Shown: one piece after another, positions 7,884-16,954 of the stretch
Numbering within the stretch: position 1 is the first letter of the stretch
How the letters are laid out: the number at the start of each line of letters is the position of its first letter
Assembly (NCBI GenBank): GCA_040752415.1
Contig: JBFMGU010000142.1
Location: forward strand, 1-27,464
Direction of reading: 5' to 3'
Length of the DNA: 27,464 nt
Origin: Myxococcota bacterium
Lineage (GTDB): Bacteria > Myxococcota > JACRCW01
Notes under the pieces: generated by a model
Told to the model about the DNA's origin: nothing
Database searches by the model: none
Seen by the model: the letters and a program-made list of their open reading frames with translations, nothing else
Made by a program: the position numbers and the translations under genes

Positions 7884-10678
7884 TCGGGTTGGGTGGGGAG
7901 CGGTTGGAGGAAGAGCGAACGCGTCTGGCTCACGTGGGCGACTTTCCAGCGCGGGCTCTGCTGCAGGGTCTCCAGAAGCGCAGTGTTCCGCGGAGTGCGC
8001 GACAGCAGGACCGCGCCGATGTCGTGGCGCTCCAAGTACTCCAGCAGCGCCGCTCCGCTCTCCTTGGCCGTGGAGTACTCCCGCCACAGCTCCGCTCCCA
8101 GCACGTCAATTCGGCTGTCCACCACCGGCTTCACGTCGGGGTAGAGCGCGTAGACCAGGTAGGAACCGTCCGTGTACTCGTTGAAGATGGCGCCCCGGTA
8201 GCCGGCCTCCCGGATGGCCTCGGCCTCTTTGACCGGGTAGTTGCTGCCATATCCCCATCCCAGCGGGAAGAACTCGCCCGCGGACATGATGGGGCCGTAC
8301 CGCACCGTCGCCGCCACCAGCATTCCCGCCGCCAGCGCCGCCCACGGCGAGCGGCAGCGCCAGGTGGCAGGTCGGAAGAGGTCCGTCAGCACCAGCCGCC
8401 ATGACCGCGTGATCACCACCGCCGAGAGCAAGGCGAAGTCCGCGGTGAAGCGCAGCGCGCGCAGGGACAGGACGGTGGCCACCAGGGCCATCATCAGGTC
8501 AACGAGGGATAGCCGCTTCAGGGATGCACCCACGCCGAGCCACATGAGCGCCAGCATGATGGGATGGAGCCACAGCACCAGCGTGCCCCCCACCCGCAGC
8601 CCCTCCATCTCCGGCGCCCAGAAGGGAAGCCATTCCAGGATGTCTTCACTGATGAACGCGTTGGAGGCAAACATCTCGACGCTGAACATCAGCAAGCGCG
8701 GCCCATAGGGGTTCACCAACGCCGCCACCAGCAGGCCCAGCGCGACGGTCGCCGGTTGGAGCGCCTCGCGCGTTGTCCAGGGTTTCTCTCCTTCACCGTG
8801 CCAGCCCATCCAACTGGCCATCAGACACGTTGCGGCCACCGCGCAGAGGAGCACGGGTCCAAGCAGGTAACCCCCGTGGAGGTTGGCCCACAGCACGCCC
8901 ACGGGAAGCAGCCACAGCAGGTCCCGCCAGCGACGATGTTCGCGCCAGGACTCCACGGCGTAGACAAGCAGCGCGGTGATCAACAGCGAGAAGAGGTGTG
9001 GCCGGGCGTGCACGCGCACCGCCACCAGGTACGACGCGGGGAAGAGCACGAGCAGCGCCAGTCCCGTCGGTCGGCCACGTGGCACCGCCAGGAGCAGCGC
9101 CAGCGCCATCAGCACCGCGAGCTCCACCACCACCAACGTGAGCCCCGGCGCGCCGGCCCGGGAATGCACAAGCTCGAAGAGCACGCCAGCCAGCCACTCA
9201 TGCGCCACGAAGGGCCGGCCCGACGCCACCGCGGAGTACGCGTCCACACCCGGAATGGTCCCCGAGCGCAAGATGTCCGCGCCGATCTTGAGATGGATCC
9301 AGAGGTCGGCGTTGACGTGGGAGCGCACGTTCATCACGCCCGCCCACGCCAGCACGAGAGCGCCGGGGACGTAGCGGGACCAACGCGCGCGGTTCCACCA
9401 CAGCTCCACCCGACGACAGCCGGCCTCAAGCCAGCCCCATCCCGCCACCAGCTCCACCAGCAGCACCACCAACGCCGCGTTCCGCGCCAGGAGCGCCAGG
9501 ACCGGGGCCAGCTCGCCGGTGAGGAGCTGCGCGTACATGAGCGGGTAGACCACCGCGCTCAGCACCGTCGCCAGCAGCGCCACCCGGAACGCCAGCAGCG
9601 CACGGGGCAAGGGCGCACTCACCAGCCACGGCGCCAGAAATGGCAACAGCCACACCAGGTACTGCGGGCTCAGCACCTTGGAGGTCACCAGCAATGCGAG
9701 CGGCAGCGTAACGCCTCCCGCCAGGAGCGATTCCCGCGTCTCCGCGACGGATTGCGCGCGCGCCTGCGCACGGCCAGCCAGGAACAGCACCAGCGCCATC
9801 CCGCCCAGCGCAAGCACCGTGGCGCCCCGGGCCAATGTCTCACTGAGCGGGCCCACGAGATGGTACGCGCCGTACTGGTGGTTCACCGCAACCTCGAGGA
9901 CGCGCAGGCGGTGCAGCAGCATCAGCACGGAGGCGTACGTGCTCTCCACCTGCAACGGTCGCGCGGCGTGGTACGAGAACACCGAGCCCAGCGCGCTCCC
10001 CACCGTGACGAGAAAGGGCAGCAGGACGGCCGCGCACGTTGCCGCGAACGCCCCTACCGCCATCGCCGCGTGACGTCGGAGCGTCCGGCCGGGCTCCAGG
10101 CGCCACCCGGCAAGCACCACCAGCGGCAACAACACCGCCGGCACCAGCTTGATGCACGCGCCAACGGCGAGCAGGACGCTCGGGACCGCCACCCGTCGTC
10201 GGGACAGGACCTGTTGCACGGCCCACACCGTGGTGGCGGCGGCGAAGATGTCGTTGCGTCGCAGCAGGAGGTGCAGCAGCGGGAAGGTCAGCAGGGTGTA
10301 AAGCCACGTGGCCAGCACGCCCGACGCGCCGCGCCGCTCCGCACCGCTGCCCAGGCGGAAGACGCCCAGCAGCACCAGCGCGTCGCACAACAGCGCCAGG
10401 AGCTTGAACGCGCCCACGTAAGAGAGCAGGTTCCCCGAGAGCACCGACGCCAGTGTGAACACCACCAGGCTCAGCGGCGGGTACTCCAGCGTCACCTCCG
10501 CGTACGGCGTCCGCCCCGCCAGCCACGCCACGGCAAGCTGCTCGTAGCGACGCGTGTCGGCGTCAAGGGGGAGCCACAGCAGGAAGGGCAGCCGCGTGAG
10601 CAACCAGGGGAGGAACGCCGCCAGGAAGGCGCGGCGGGCCAGCTGTTCCACGGCACGTGCGGCAAGAAGGGGTTGCAT
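7877..10678 (-). CDS. Tandem GT-C fusion: GT87/DUF2029-like N-terminal module plus a second GT-C-like membrane module
   Basis: N-half has DADTRRYE, TPYAEVTLEYPPLS, RRNDIF, IKLVPAVLLPL and KVLSPQYLVWLLP (GT87-like). C-half has DLWIHLKIG..I...GTIP.VDAYS...GRPFVAHEWLAGVLF, RPHLFS, LWANLHGGY, LVNPYG, ILEWLP, IFNEYTDGSYL and VDSRIDV. Start uncertain (ATG 10678 chosen; track starts at 10759). Confidence 0.78.
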   Translation of the reverse strand: MQPLLAARAVEQLARRAFLAAFLPWLLTRLPFLLWLPLDADTRRYEQLAVAWLAGRTPYAEVTLEYPPLSLVVFTLASVLSGNLLSYVGAFKLLALLCDALVLLGVFRLGSGAERRGASGVLATWLYTLLTFPLLHLLLRRNDIFAAATTVWAVQQVLSRRRVAVPSVLLAVGACIKLVPAVLLPLVVLAGWRLEPGRTLRRHAAMAVGAFAATCAAVLLPFLVTVGSALGSVFSYHAARPLQVESTYASVLMLLHRLRVLEVAVNHQYGAYHLVGPLSETLARGATVLALGGMALVLFLAGRAQARAQSVAETRESLLAGGVTLPLALLVTSKVLSPQYLVWLLPFLAPWLVSAPLPRALLAFRVALLATVLSAVVYPLMYAQLLTGELAPVLALLARNAALVVLLVELVAGWGWLEAGCRRVELWWNRARWSRYVPGALVLAWAGVMNVRSHVNADLWIHLKIGADILRSGTIPGVDAYSAVASGRPFVAHEWLAGVLFELVHSRAGAPGLTLVVVELAVLMALALLLAVPRGRPTGLALLVLFPASYLVAVRVHARPHLFSLLITALLVYAVESWREHRRWRDLLWLLPVGVLWANLHGGYLLGPVLLCAVAATCLMASWMGWHGEGEKPWTTREALQPATVALGLLVAALVNPYGPRLLMFSVEMFASNAFISEDILEWLPFWAPEMEGLRVGGTLVLWLHPIMLALMWLGVGASLKRLSLVDLMMALVATVLSLRALRFTADFALLSAVVITRSWRLVLTDLFRPATWRCRSPWAALAAGMLVAATVRYGPIMSAGEFFPLGWGYGSNYPVKEAEAIREAGYRGAIFNEYTDGSYLVYALYPDVKPVVDSRIDVLGAELWREYSTAKESGAALLEYLERHDIGAVLLSRTPRNTALLETLQQSPRWKVAHVSQTRSLFLQPLPTQPDQ

Positions 10679-10746
10679 TGTCGCTGGGAGTCGGGGCACA
10701 CCCCAGCACGAATGCTCGCCGGACGGCAACAGCGGGGCCGGGTGCC

Positions 10747-12834
10747 TTGAGCGCAACAACCATCACCGGAGCAACCGCCCACGACGGGACCGCGGAGGTC
10801 AGGTCGCGGCTGGTGCTGTGGTGCGCGGTGCTGTTGGGGGCCACGCTGCTCGCTCCCCTCGTGGTGGCGCCGACCGTGGCCCCGTTCCAGACCGCGCGGA
10901 CCGTGTTCGTGCGGGCGCTGGTGGAGGCGGCGCTGGCCCTGGCCGTCGTGGCTGGGGTGCTGCGGACCCGTGCCCGCCTGCCCGCCCTGGAATGGGCCGT
11001 GGTGGGTTGGCTCCTGGCCACGTTCGCGGCAACCGCCCTGTCCCTCAACCCCTACCGCAGCGTCTGGGGGGACCTGCAGCGGGGCGAGGGCACCGTGACC
11101 GTGGCCCACAACGTCGTGGTCTTCCTGCTGGCCACCCGCGTCCTGACCAGCTGGCGCCGCTGGATGATGTGCTTCCGCGTGGGGGTCGGCGTCCTGCTCC
11201 CCGTTGCCGTGCTGGCGCTGGTCCAGGCTGCGCGCGGCGTGGCCGCGACCACCACGTTGGGAAACACCGCGGTGGCCGGTGCCTGCTTCCTCTTTGGCCT
11301 GGGGTTCTGCGGCATCGTCGCCCTCCGCGACGAGCGCAGGGCCTGGCGCACCCTGGCCGTGATCACCGGCTGCATCCTCGTGGCGGCCGTGGTGGTGACC
11401 GGGGTGCGTGCGGTGCAGCTCGCGCTGCTGGGGGCCGGCGGGCTCGTGGGCGCATGCGTGTTGCTGGGCCGACTCCCAGGACGGCGCGTGGTGGCGCGGG
11501 TGCTGCTGGTGGCGTTGCCGGTTGTGGTCCTGGCGGCCTTTGCGTTGGATGCGCTGGGGTTCGGCCACTGGCTCCCCACTGCGTACCAGCGGATGGTCCA
11601 GGTGTCGGCGGTCGCGGATGCGTCGCTGACGCCGCGCCTGATGGCGCTGGAGGTGTCCTGGCGGGCCTGGCTGGAGCATCCGGTGTTCGGTTTCGGCCCC
11701 GAGATGTTCCGCGTGGCCTACAACCGCCACTTCGACCCTGCGCACCTCACCTTCAACCAACACTGGTTCGACCGGCCCCACAACAAGCTCGCCGAGGTGG
11801 CGGTGACCACGGGCGTCGTCGGGCTGGTGGCCTTCCTGGTGATGCTGGCGGTGGCGTTCTTGCAGGGACTGCGCTTTGTCCGCGGTGGCGCCCACCCCCG
11901 GGACCGACTGGTCATGAGCTGCGCGCTGGGAACGCTGGCGGCGTACCTGCTCCAGGCCCTCGCGCTCTTCGACACGCCGGTGACCTCGCTGATGATGTTC
12001 CTGACGTTGGCGTTCGTGGCGTACCTGGGCGGAACCCCCGCGCCCGACGACGGGATGGAGCCCACGCAGCGCCCCGCCACGGTCGTCGTCACCACGGTGA
12101 TGTTCCTGGTGCTGTTCTTCCTCTGCTGCCTGCGGCCGCTGTACACGGCGTGGCAGGGGGAGCTGGCCCGGGAAGCGCGTGGGCCCGCGGAGCTGGCGGT
12201 GCGGCTGGACAACGTGGTGGAGGGGAACGGCTACGCGCTCCTCGAGGTCCTGGCGGAGAACGCGCGGGTGCTGCTGGAGCGTGGCAGGGCCGAGGACCCG
12301 GCGTGGGGTCCGGTGTCATTGCGCCTGGCGGAGGACCTGGAAGTGGCGCTGGGACCGGAGCCGCTGGACCCGCGCAACCACCTGCTCCTGGGCCGGCTCT
12401 ACCACCGACTGGCGAGCCGTGAGCCACACATGCGTGCGGTGGCGGCGATGATGTTCCAACGCGCGGGCGAGCTGGCGCCGAGTCGACCCGACGCGATGTG
12501 GGAGCTGGGCGGCCTGGCGATGAGCGAGGGCCAATGGGAGCGCGCGCGGGAGCTGTTCCGACGTGGTTTGCGCCTCAACCCCGCCAACCCGCGCGCCGCC
12601 TGGAACCAGGGCCGGGTGTTGATCCTGTCCGGTCACCCCGACGTGGGCGTGGGCCTGATGGAAGCGGGTCAGGCGTGGGGGCTGGCCCTGCTGCACGCTG
12701 GCGAGGCGGACGTCCTTGCGCAGGCCTACCGCGCGCGCGGTGACGTGGAGAAGGTGGCCGCCCTGGATGCCTGGGTCCGGGAGCAGTTCCCGTCAGGGGC
12801 GGGGCACTCGGCGGGTTCGGTCGGCGCCCACTGA
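10747..12834 (+). CDS. O-antigen ligase / O-oligosaccharyltransferase family (Wzy_C) protein with C-terminal TPR-like helices
   Basis: SLNPYRSVWG..QRGEG, TLGN, SLTPRL, HPVFGFGPEMF and FDRPHN...E...TTGVVGL; about 12 TM helices; TPR-like tail (ARELFRRGLRLNPANP). Start uncertain (TTG 10747 chosen to avoid overlap with the divergent gene). Confidence 0.82.
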   Translation: MSATTITGATAHDGTAEVRSRLVLWCAVLLGATLLAPLVVAPTVAPFQTARTVFVRALVEAALALAVVAGVLRTRARLPALEWAVVGWLLATFAATALSLNPYRSVWGDLQRGEGTVTVAHNVVVFLLATRVLTSWRRWMMCFRVGVGVLLPVAVLALVQAARGVAATTTLGNTAVAGACFLFGLGFCGIVALRDERRAWRTLAVITGCILVAAVVVTGVRAVQLALLGAGGLVGACVLLGRLPGRRVVARVLLVALPVVVLAAFALDALGFGHWLPTAYQRMVQVSAVADASLTPRLMALEVSWRAWLEHPVFGFGPEMFRVAYNRHFDPAHLTFNQHWFDRPHNKLAEVAVTTGVVGLVAFLVMLAVAFLQGLRFVRGGAHPRDRLVMSCALGTLAAYLLQALALFDTPVTSLMMFLTLAFVAYLGGTPAPDDGMEPTQRPATVVVTTVMFLVLFFLCCLRPLYTAWQGELAREARGPAELAVRLDNVVEGNGYALLEVLAENARVLLERGRAEDPAWGPVSLRLAEDLEVALGPEPLDPRNHLLLGRLYHRLASREPHMRAVAAMMFQRAGELAPSRPDAMWELGGLAMSEGQWERARELFRRGLRLNPANPRAAWNQGRVLILSGHPDVGVGLMEAGQAWGLALLHAGEADVLAQAYRARGDVEKVAALDAWVREQFPSGAGHSAGSVGAH

Positions 12835-12918
12835 CGAGCAGAGCGCACCGGCGACCGTATCTTGGGCGTGGTGGCGGACCTCTTGGTGGCCCGGCATGGG
12901 ACGTGTTAGCGCGACCTC

Positions 12919-14184
12919 ATGCGAATCCTCGTGGTTGGCAGCGGTGGCCGGGAGCACGCCCTGGCGTGGCGGCTGTCCACGGAAGCGCCCGGGCGGGAGC
13001 TGCACCTGGCGCCGGGCAATCCGGGCATGGCCGCGCTGGGAACGCTCCACGCCGTGGCCGCGGACGACGTGCCGGGCCTGGTGGCCTTGGCGCAGAAGCT
13101 CAAGCCGGAGCTGGTGGTGGTGGGGCCGGAAGCGCCGCTGGCGGCGGGACTGGTGGATGCGCTGCGCGCCCACGGCGTCGTCGTGCTGGGGCCCACGCGC
13201 GCGGCGGCGCGGCTGGAGACGTCCAAGAGCTGGGCCAAGGAAGTCATGGTGGCGGCGGGCGTGCCCACGGCGCGGTGTCGGCTGGTGGGGACCGAGGCGG
13301 AGCTGGAAGGCGCGCTCCCCGACGGACCCGTGGTGCTGAAGGCCGACGGCCTGGCCGCGGGCAAGGGCGTGGTGGTGGCGGATGCCCGCGCGGAAGCGCT
13401 GCGGGACGGTCGGGAGCTGTTGCAGCGCTACGGCGCGCCGGTGCTGGTGGAGGAGCGCCTGAGCGGCCGCGAGGTCAGCGTGCTGGCGGTCTGCGACGGC
13501 GAGAACGCGGTCATGCTGCCCACCGCGCAGGACCACAAGCGCCTGCTGGACGGCGACCGCGGGCCCAACACCGGCGGCATGGGCGCGGTGAGCCCGGGGA
13601 CGCACCATGGTCGACTGGCGGTGGATGAGCCCACGCTGCTCTCCCGCGTCCGCCACGACGTCATCCTGCCCACGCTCAAGGAGATGCGCGCACGTGGGAC
13701 GCCGTTTGTCGGCGTGTTGTACGCGGGGCTGATGGTGGACCCCGAGCGCGGCACCATGCACGTGCTGGAGTTCAACGCGCGCCTGGGCGACCCGGAGACG
13801 CAGGCCATCCTCCGACGGGTGCAGGGCAACCTGGGTGAGACCTTCCTGCACGCGGCGCAGGGGCGCATGGCGGGCGACGCGCTGGGCGTCTCGCCCGAGG
13901 CCGCGGCGTGCGTGGTCATGGCCGCGCAGGGCTACCCCGGCCAGCTGCGCACCGGCGACGTCATCGAGGGTCTGGCGGAGGCCGCCGCCGTCGAGAGCGC
14001 GGTGGTGTTCCACGCGGGAACGCGCCGGGACGCGGAGGGGCGGGTGGTGACGTCGGGCGGGCGGGTGCTGGCCGTGAGCACCGTGGGGGTGACCGTGGCC
14101 CACGCCGTGGAACGCGCCTACAGCGCCGCCGCGCGCATCCGCTGGCCCGGCGTGCAGCTCCGTCGTGACATCGGGCGGGCGTGA
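12919..14184 (+). CDS. purD: Phosphoribosylamine--glycine ligase
   Basis: MRILVVGSGGREHALAW, APGNPG, GPEAPL, KADGLAAGKGV, QDHKR...GPNTGGMGA, EFNARLGDPETQ, FHAGT and TSGGRVL. Confidence 0.98.
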   Translation: MRILVVGSGGREHALAWRLSTEAPGRELHLAPGNPGMAALGTLHAVAADDVPGLVALAQKLKPELVVVGPEAPLAAGLVDALRAHGVVVLGPTRAAARLETSKSWAKEVMVAAGVPTARCRLVGTEAELEGALPDGPVVLKADGLAAGKGVVVADARAEALRDGRELLQRYGAPVLVEERLSGREVSVLAVCDGENAVMLPTAQDHKRLLDGDRGPNTGGMGAVSPGTHHGRLAVDEPTLLSRVRHDVILPTLKEMRARGTPFVGVLYAGLMVDPERGTMHVLEFNARLGDPETQAILRRVQGNLGETFLHAAQGRMAGDALGVSPEAAACVVMAAQGYPGQLRTGDVIEGLAEAAAVESAVVFHAGTRRDAEGRVVTSGGRVLAVSTVGVTVAHAVERAYSAAARIRWPGVQLRRDIGRA

Positions 14185-14188
14185 GCGC

Positions 14189-15520
14189 ATGGCGGTGACG
14201 GCGGGACGCGCAAGCCTGGCCACCACCGCGCTGACCACGGTGGGCGTGCTGGCCGTGGTGGCGGGGCCGTCGCTGACGGTGGGCGAGGGCGCGCTGCTCC
14301 TCCTGGCCGTGGCGTTGCAGCTGTTGTGGCCGGGGACGTTCGCCGCATTGCTGGCCTCCGTGGGTGGTGCGCTGCTGCTGGGCGCCACCGTGTCCTCCGG
14401 GGGCTACGCGGCGGTGCCGTGCGCGCTGGCGCTGGTGACCCACGCAGTCTCCCGTCGCCACCAGGCTGCGCCGGAGGGGCCGTGGCTGCCCGCGTGGCCG
14501 CTGCCGCTCCTCGCCGGGGTGCTGGGCGCGGGACTCATCCTGCTGCCCGAGGTGCTGCCGCTGCGCGAGATTGCCCGGCCACGACCCCTGGGAGACGCGG
14601 TGAGCGGCGCGCTGGTGACGGCGTGGACCGCGGTGGCCATGGCGCTCTTGTGCCGCTTTCCCCCGTCGGGCGGGTTGCGCGTGGGGCTGGCGTTGGCCGC
14701 GCTGGTGCCGCTGGTGGGGGGCGCGCGGGTGCTGGCCTCGTCGACGGAGGTGGCGCACACGGAGCTGGTGGAGCGGGCGGAGCACGCGCGCTCACTGGGC
14801 CTGGCACGGAAGCACGCCGAGCTGGTGGAAGACGCCATGCGCGCCGCGGAGCGGGAGGGCAACCTGCGCGCGTTGCGCGACATCTACGAGGCGCACACGC
14901 GTCCGGACGACCTCACCCGTCGTCGACCGCAGACCCTGCGGCTGGCGGCGCGCGGGCTGGAGGCCACCGGAGCGCACGTCACGGTCGTCGACCAGCTGCT
15001 GCAGAAGGCCATCCGGATGGCGCGCGAGGAGGACGTGCCGGGTTTCCGCGCGTGGCCGGGGGAGGCGCGCGCCGTGGGCGTGGCGCAACGGGCGCGCTCC
15101 CCGCTGCTCAAGGTGCTGGACCCCTCCGCGCCGCCTCCCGACGAGCCCCCCGACGCGCTGGACTGCTTCGGCGGCGTCTGGTGCGTGCTCCACGTGGACC
15201 TGCCCGCGCCCGCGCTCTCCAGCGTGCCGCGCCTGGCCCACGTCACCGTGCGCAAGGTGGCGCCCGCGGTGGCCGACCTGCGCGTGGTGATCCGCGTGAC
15301 GTGGCGCGGCTGGGTGGGGCACACGGTGCTGGCCGCCGACGCCGTGGAGGTGGGCCAGGAGGTGCGGCTGGCGGTGCCGGTGGACATGTCGCGGCCGGTG
15401 CCCGGTCAGCACGAGATCTGGATGCAGCTGCGCTCCCTGGACGACCTCACCCCCATGACCCTGGGACGACACCCCGGCACCTGGCTGTTCGTGGGGCGTC
15501 TGGAGGTGCCGGGGTTCTGA
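14189..15520 (+). CDS. Hypothetical membrane protein (about 6 N-terminal TM helices, helical middle, C-terminal beta-sandwich)
   Basis: ATG 4 nt after the purD stop; GC3-rich codon usage; hydrophobic N-terminal 190 aa; C-terminus EVRLAVPV...PGQHEIWMQL...LFVGRLEV resembles an Ig-like fold. Confidence 0.65.
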   Translation: MAVTAGRASLATTALTTVGVLAVVAGPSLTVGEGALLLLAVALQLLWPGTFAALLASVGGALLLGATVSSGGYAAVPCALALVTHAVSRRHQAAPEGPWLPAWPLPLLAGVLGAGLILLPEVLPLREIARPRPLGDAVSGALVTAWTAVAMALLCRFPPSGGLRVGLALAALVPLVGGARVLASSTEVAHTELVERAEHARSLGLARKHAELVEDAMRAAEREGNLRALRDIYEAHTRPDDLTRRRPQTLRLAARGLEATGAHVTVVDQLLQKAIRMAREEDVPGFRAWPGEARAVGVAQRARSPLLKVLDPSAPPPDEPPDALDCFGGVWCVLHVDLPAPALSSVPRLAHVTVRKVAPAVADLRVVIRVTWRGWVGHTVLAADAVEVGQEVRLAVPVDMSRPVPGQHEIWMQLRSLDDLTPMTLGRHPGTWLFVGRLEVPGF

Positions 15521-15539
15521 GACGCCCTTGCGGCTGGGA

Positions 15540-15555
15540 CCCGGGGCTGTCATGA
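15540..15555 (+). repeat. 16-bp direct repeat CCCGGGGCTGTCATGA, copy 1
   Basis: Exact match to 16914-16929; both copies are intergenic and preceded by CTTGCG. Confidence 0.85.
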
Positions 15556-15574
15556 GACTGCCGGTTCTCCCGTC

Positions 15575-16894
15575 ATGCCTCTTGCCGCGCTCCAGCAGAA
15601 GCTCACGGACCGTTCCGCGCTCATCGCCGTGGTGGGGCTGGGGCACGTGGGACTCCCGCTCTCGCTGGCCTTCCACGACGCGGAGTGCCGCCTCCTGGGC
15701 GTGGAGCTGGACGAGCACAAGGTGCGCCTGCTGCAGGGAGGCCGCAGTCCCATGGGTCACGTTCCCGACGACGCGGTGGCGCGCCTGCGTGAGTCCGGCC
15801 GCTTCGAGGTCACGCGTGATGCCACCCGCCTGCGCGCGGCGGACGTGATCATCCTGTGCGTGCCCACGCCGCTGGGCCCACACCTGGAGCCGGACCTTTC
15901 CGACGTCATCCGCGCGGCCCGCGACGTGGCCACCGTGCTGCGCCCCGGCCAGCTGGTGTGCCTGGAGTCCACCACCTATCCCGGCACCACGCGGGAGGTC
16001 TTGCTGCCGCTGCTGGAGGCCACGGGGCTGCGCTGCGGCCGCGACTTCTTCCTGGCCTACTCGCCGGAGCGCGAGGACCCGGGTCGCCGCGACTTCACCA
16101 CCCGCACCACGCCCAAGCTGGTGGGCGGCGTGGACGCGGTGAGCGGGGAGCTGGCCTGCCGGATGTACGGGCTGGCGGTGGACCACGTGGTGGCGGTGCG
16201 CAACGCTGACGTGGCGGAGGCCGCCAAGCAGCTGGAGAACGTCTACCGCGCCGTCAACGTGGCCCTGGTGAACGAGATGAAGGTGGTGCTCAGCGCGTTG
16301 GGCATCAACATCTTCGAGGTCATTGAAGCGGCCAGCACCAAGCCCTTTGGCTTCCAGCCCTTCCAGCCGGGACCGGGCCTGGGCGGTCACTGCATCCCCG
16401 TGGACCCGTTCTACCTGACGTGGCGCGCGCGGGAGGCCGGCGTGGGTGCGCCGCTGGTGGAGCTGGCCGGTGAGGTGAACCGGGCCATGCCGCGCTACGT
16501 GGTGGACCAGACCGTGCGAGCGCTCAACGCGCGCGGCAAGCCCGTCCGCGACGCACGCATCCTGGTGCTGGGCCTGGCGTACAAGCCGGACGTCGACGAC
16601 GTGCGCGAGAGCCCCTCGGTGGAGCTGATGCGGCAGCTGGGAGACCTGGGCGCGCGCGTGGACTACAGCGACCCGCACGTGCCGCGCGTTCCCGCGCACG
16701 CGGGCGTGATGGCGGGCCGGGAGAGCGTGGCGCTCACGTCGGAGAAGCTCTCCGCGTATGACTGCGTGGTCATTGCCACCCACCACGCCGCCTTCCCGTG
16801 GCAGCTGGTGGCGGACCACGCCGCGCTCATCATCGACACGCGCAACGCGCTGGGGAAGGTCCACGGCCGGCGCGACCACATCCTGCTGGCGTGA
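15575..16894 (+). CDS. Nucleotide-sugar (UDP-N-acetylhexosamine) 6-dehydrogenase, WbpA/WecC family
   Basis: GLGHVGLPL Rossmann motif, CVPTPL, LESTTYPGTT, YSPEREDPG, KQLENVYRAVNVALVNE, catalytic GGHCIPVDP and GLAYKPDVDDVRESP. Confidence 0.93.
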   Translation: MPLAALQQKLTDRSALIAVVGLGHVGLPLSLAFHDAECRLLGVELDEHKVRLLQGGRSPMGHVPDDAVARLRESGRFEVTRDATRLRAADVIILCVPTPLGPHLEPDLSDVIRAARDVATVLRPGQLVCLESTTYPGTTREVLLPLLEATGLRCGRDFFLAYSPEREDPGRRDFTTRTTPKLVGGVDAVSGELACRMYGLAVDHVVAVRNADVAEAAKQLENVYRAVNVALVNEMKVVLSALGINIFEVIEAASTKPFGFQPFQPGPGLGGHCIPVDPFYLTWRAREAGVGAPLVELAGEVNRAMPRYVVDQTVRALNARGKPVRDARILVLGLAYKPDVDDVRESPSVELMRQLGDLGARVDYSDPHVPRVPAHAGVMAGRESVALTSEKLSAYDCVVIATHHAAFPWQLVADHAALIIDTRNALGKVHGRRDHILLA

Positions 16895-16913
16895 GCGCGC
16901 TTGCGTGGGGGCC

Positions 16914-16929
16914 CCCGGGGCTGTCATGA
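16914..16929 (+). repeat. 16-bp direct repeat CCCGGGGCTGTCATGA, copy 2
   Basis: Exact match to 15540-15555. Confidence 0.85.
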
Positions 16930-16954
16930 CGCGCGCCCCAAGGAGACTGAGACC

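Noticed and set aside
15575..16894. Dehydrogenase inactivated by GLGHVG instead of GLGYVG
   Set aside because: The GxGxxG glycines and the catalytic Cys and Lys motifs are intact; a single substitution is not evidence of decay.
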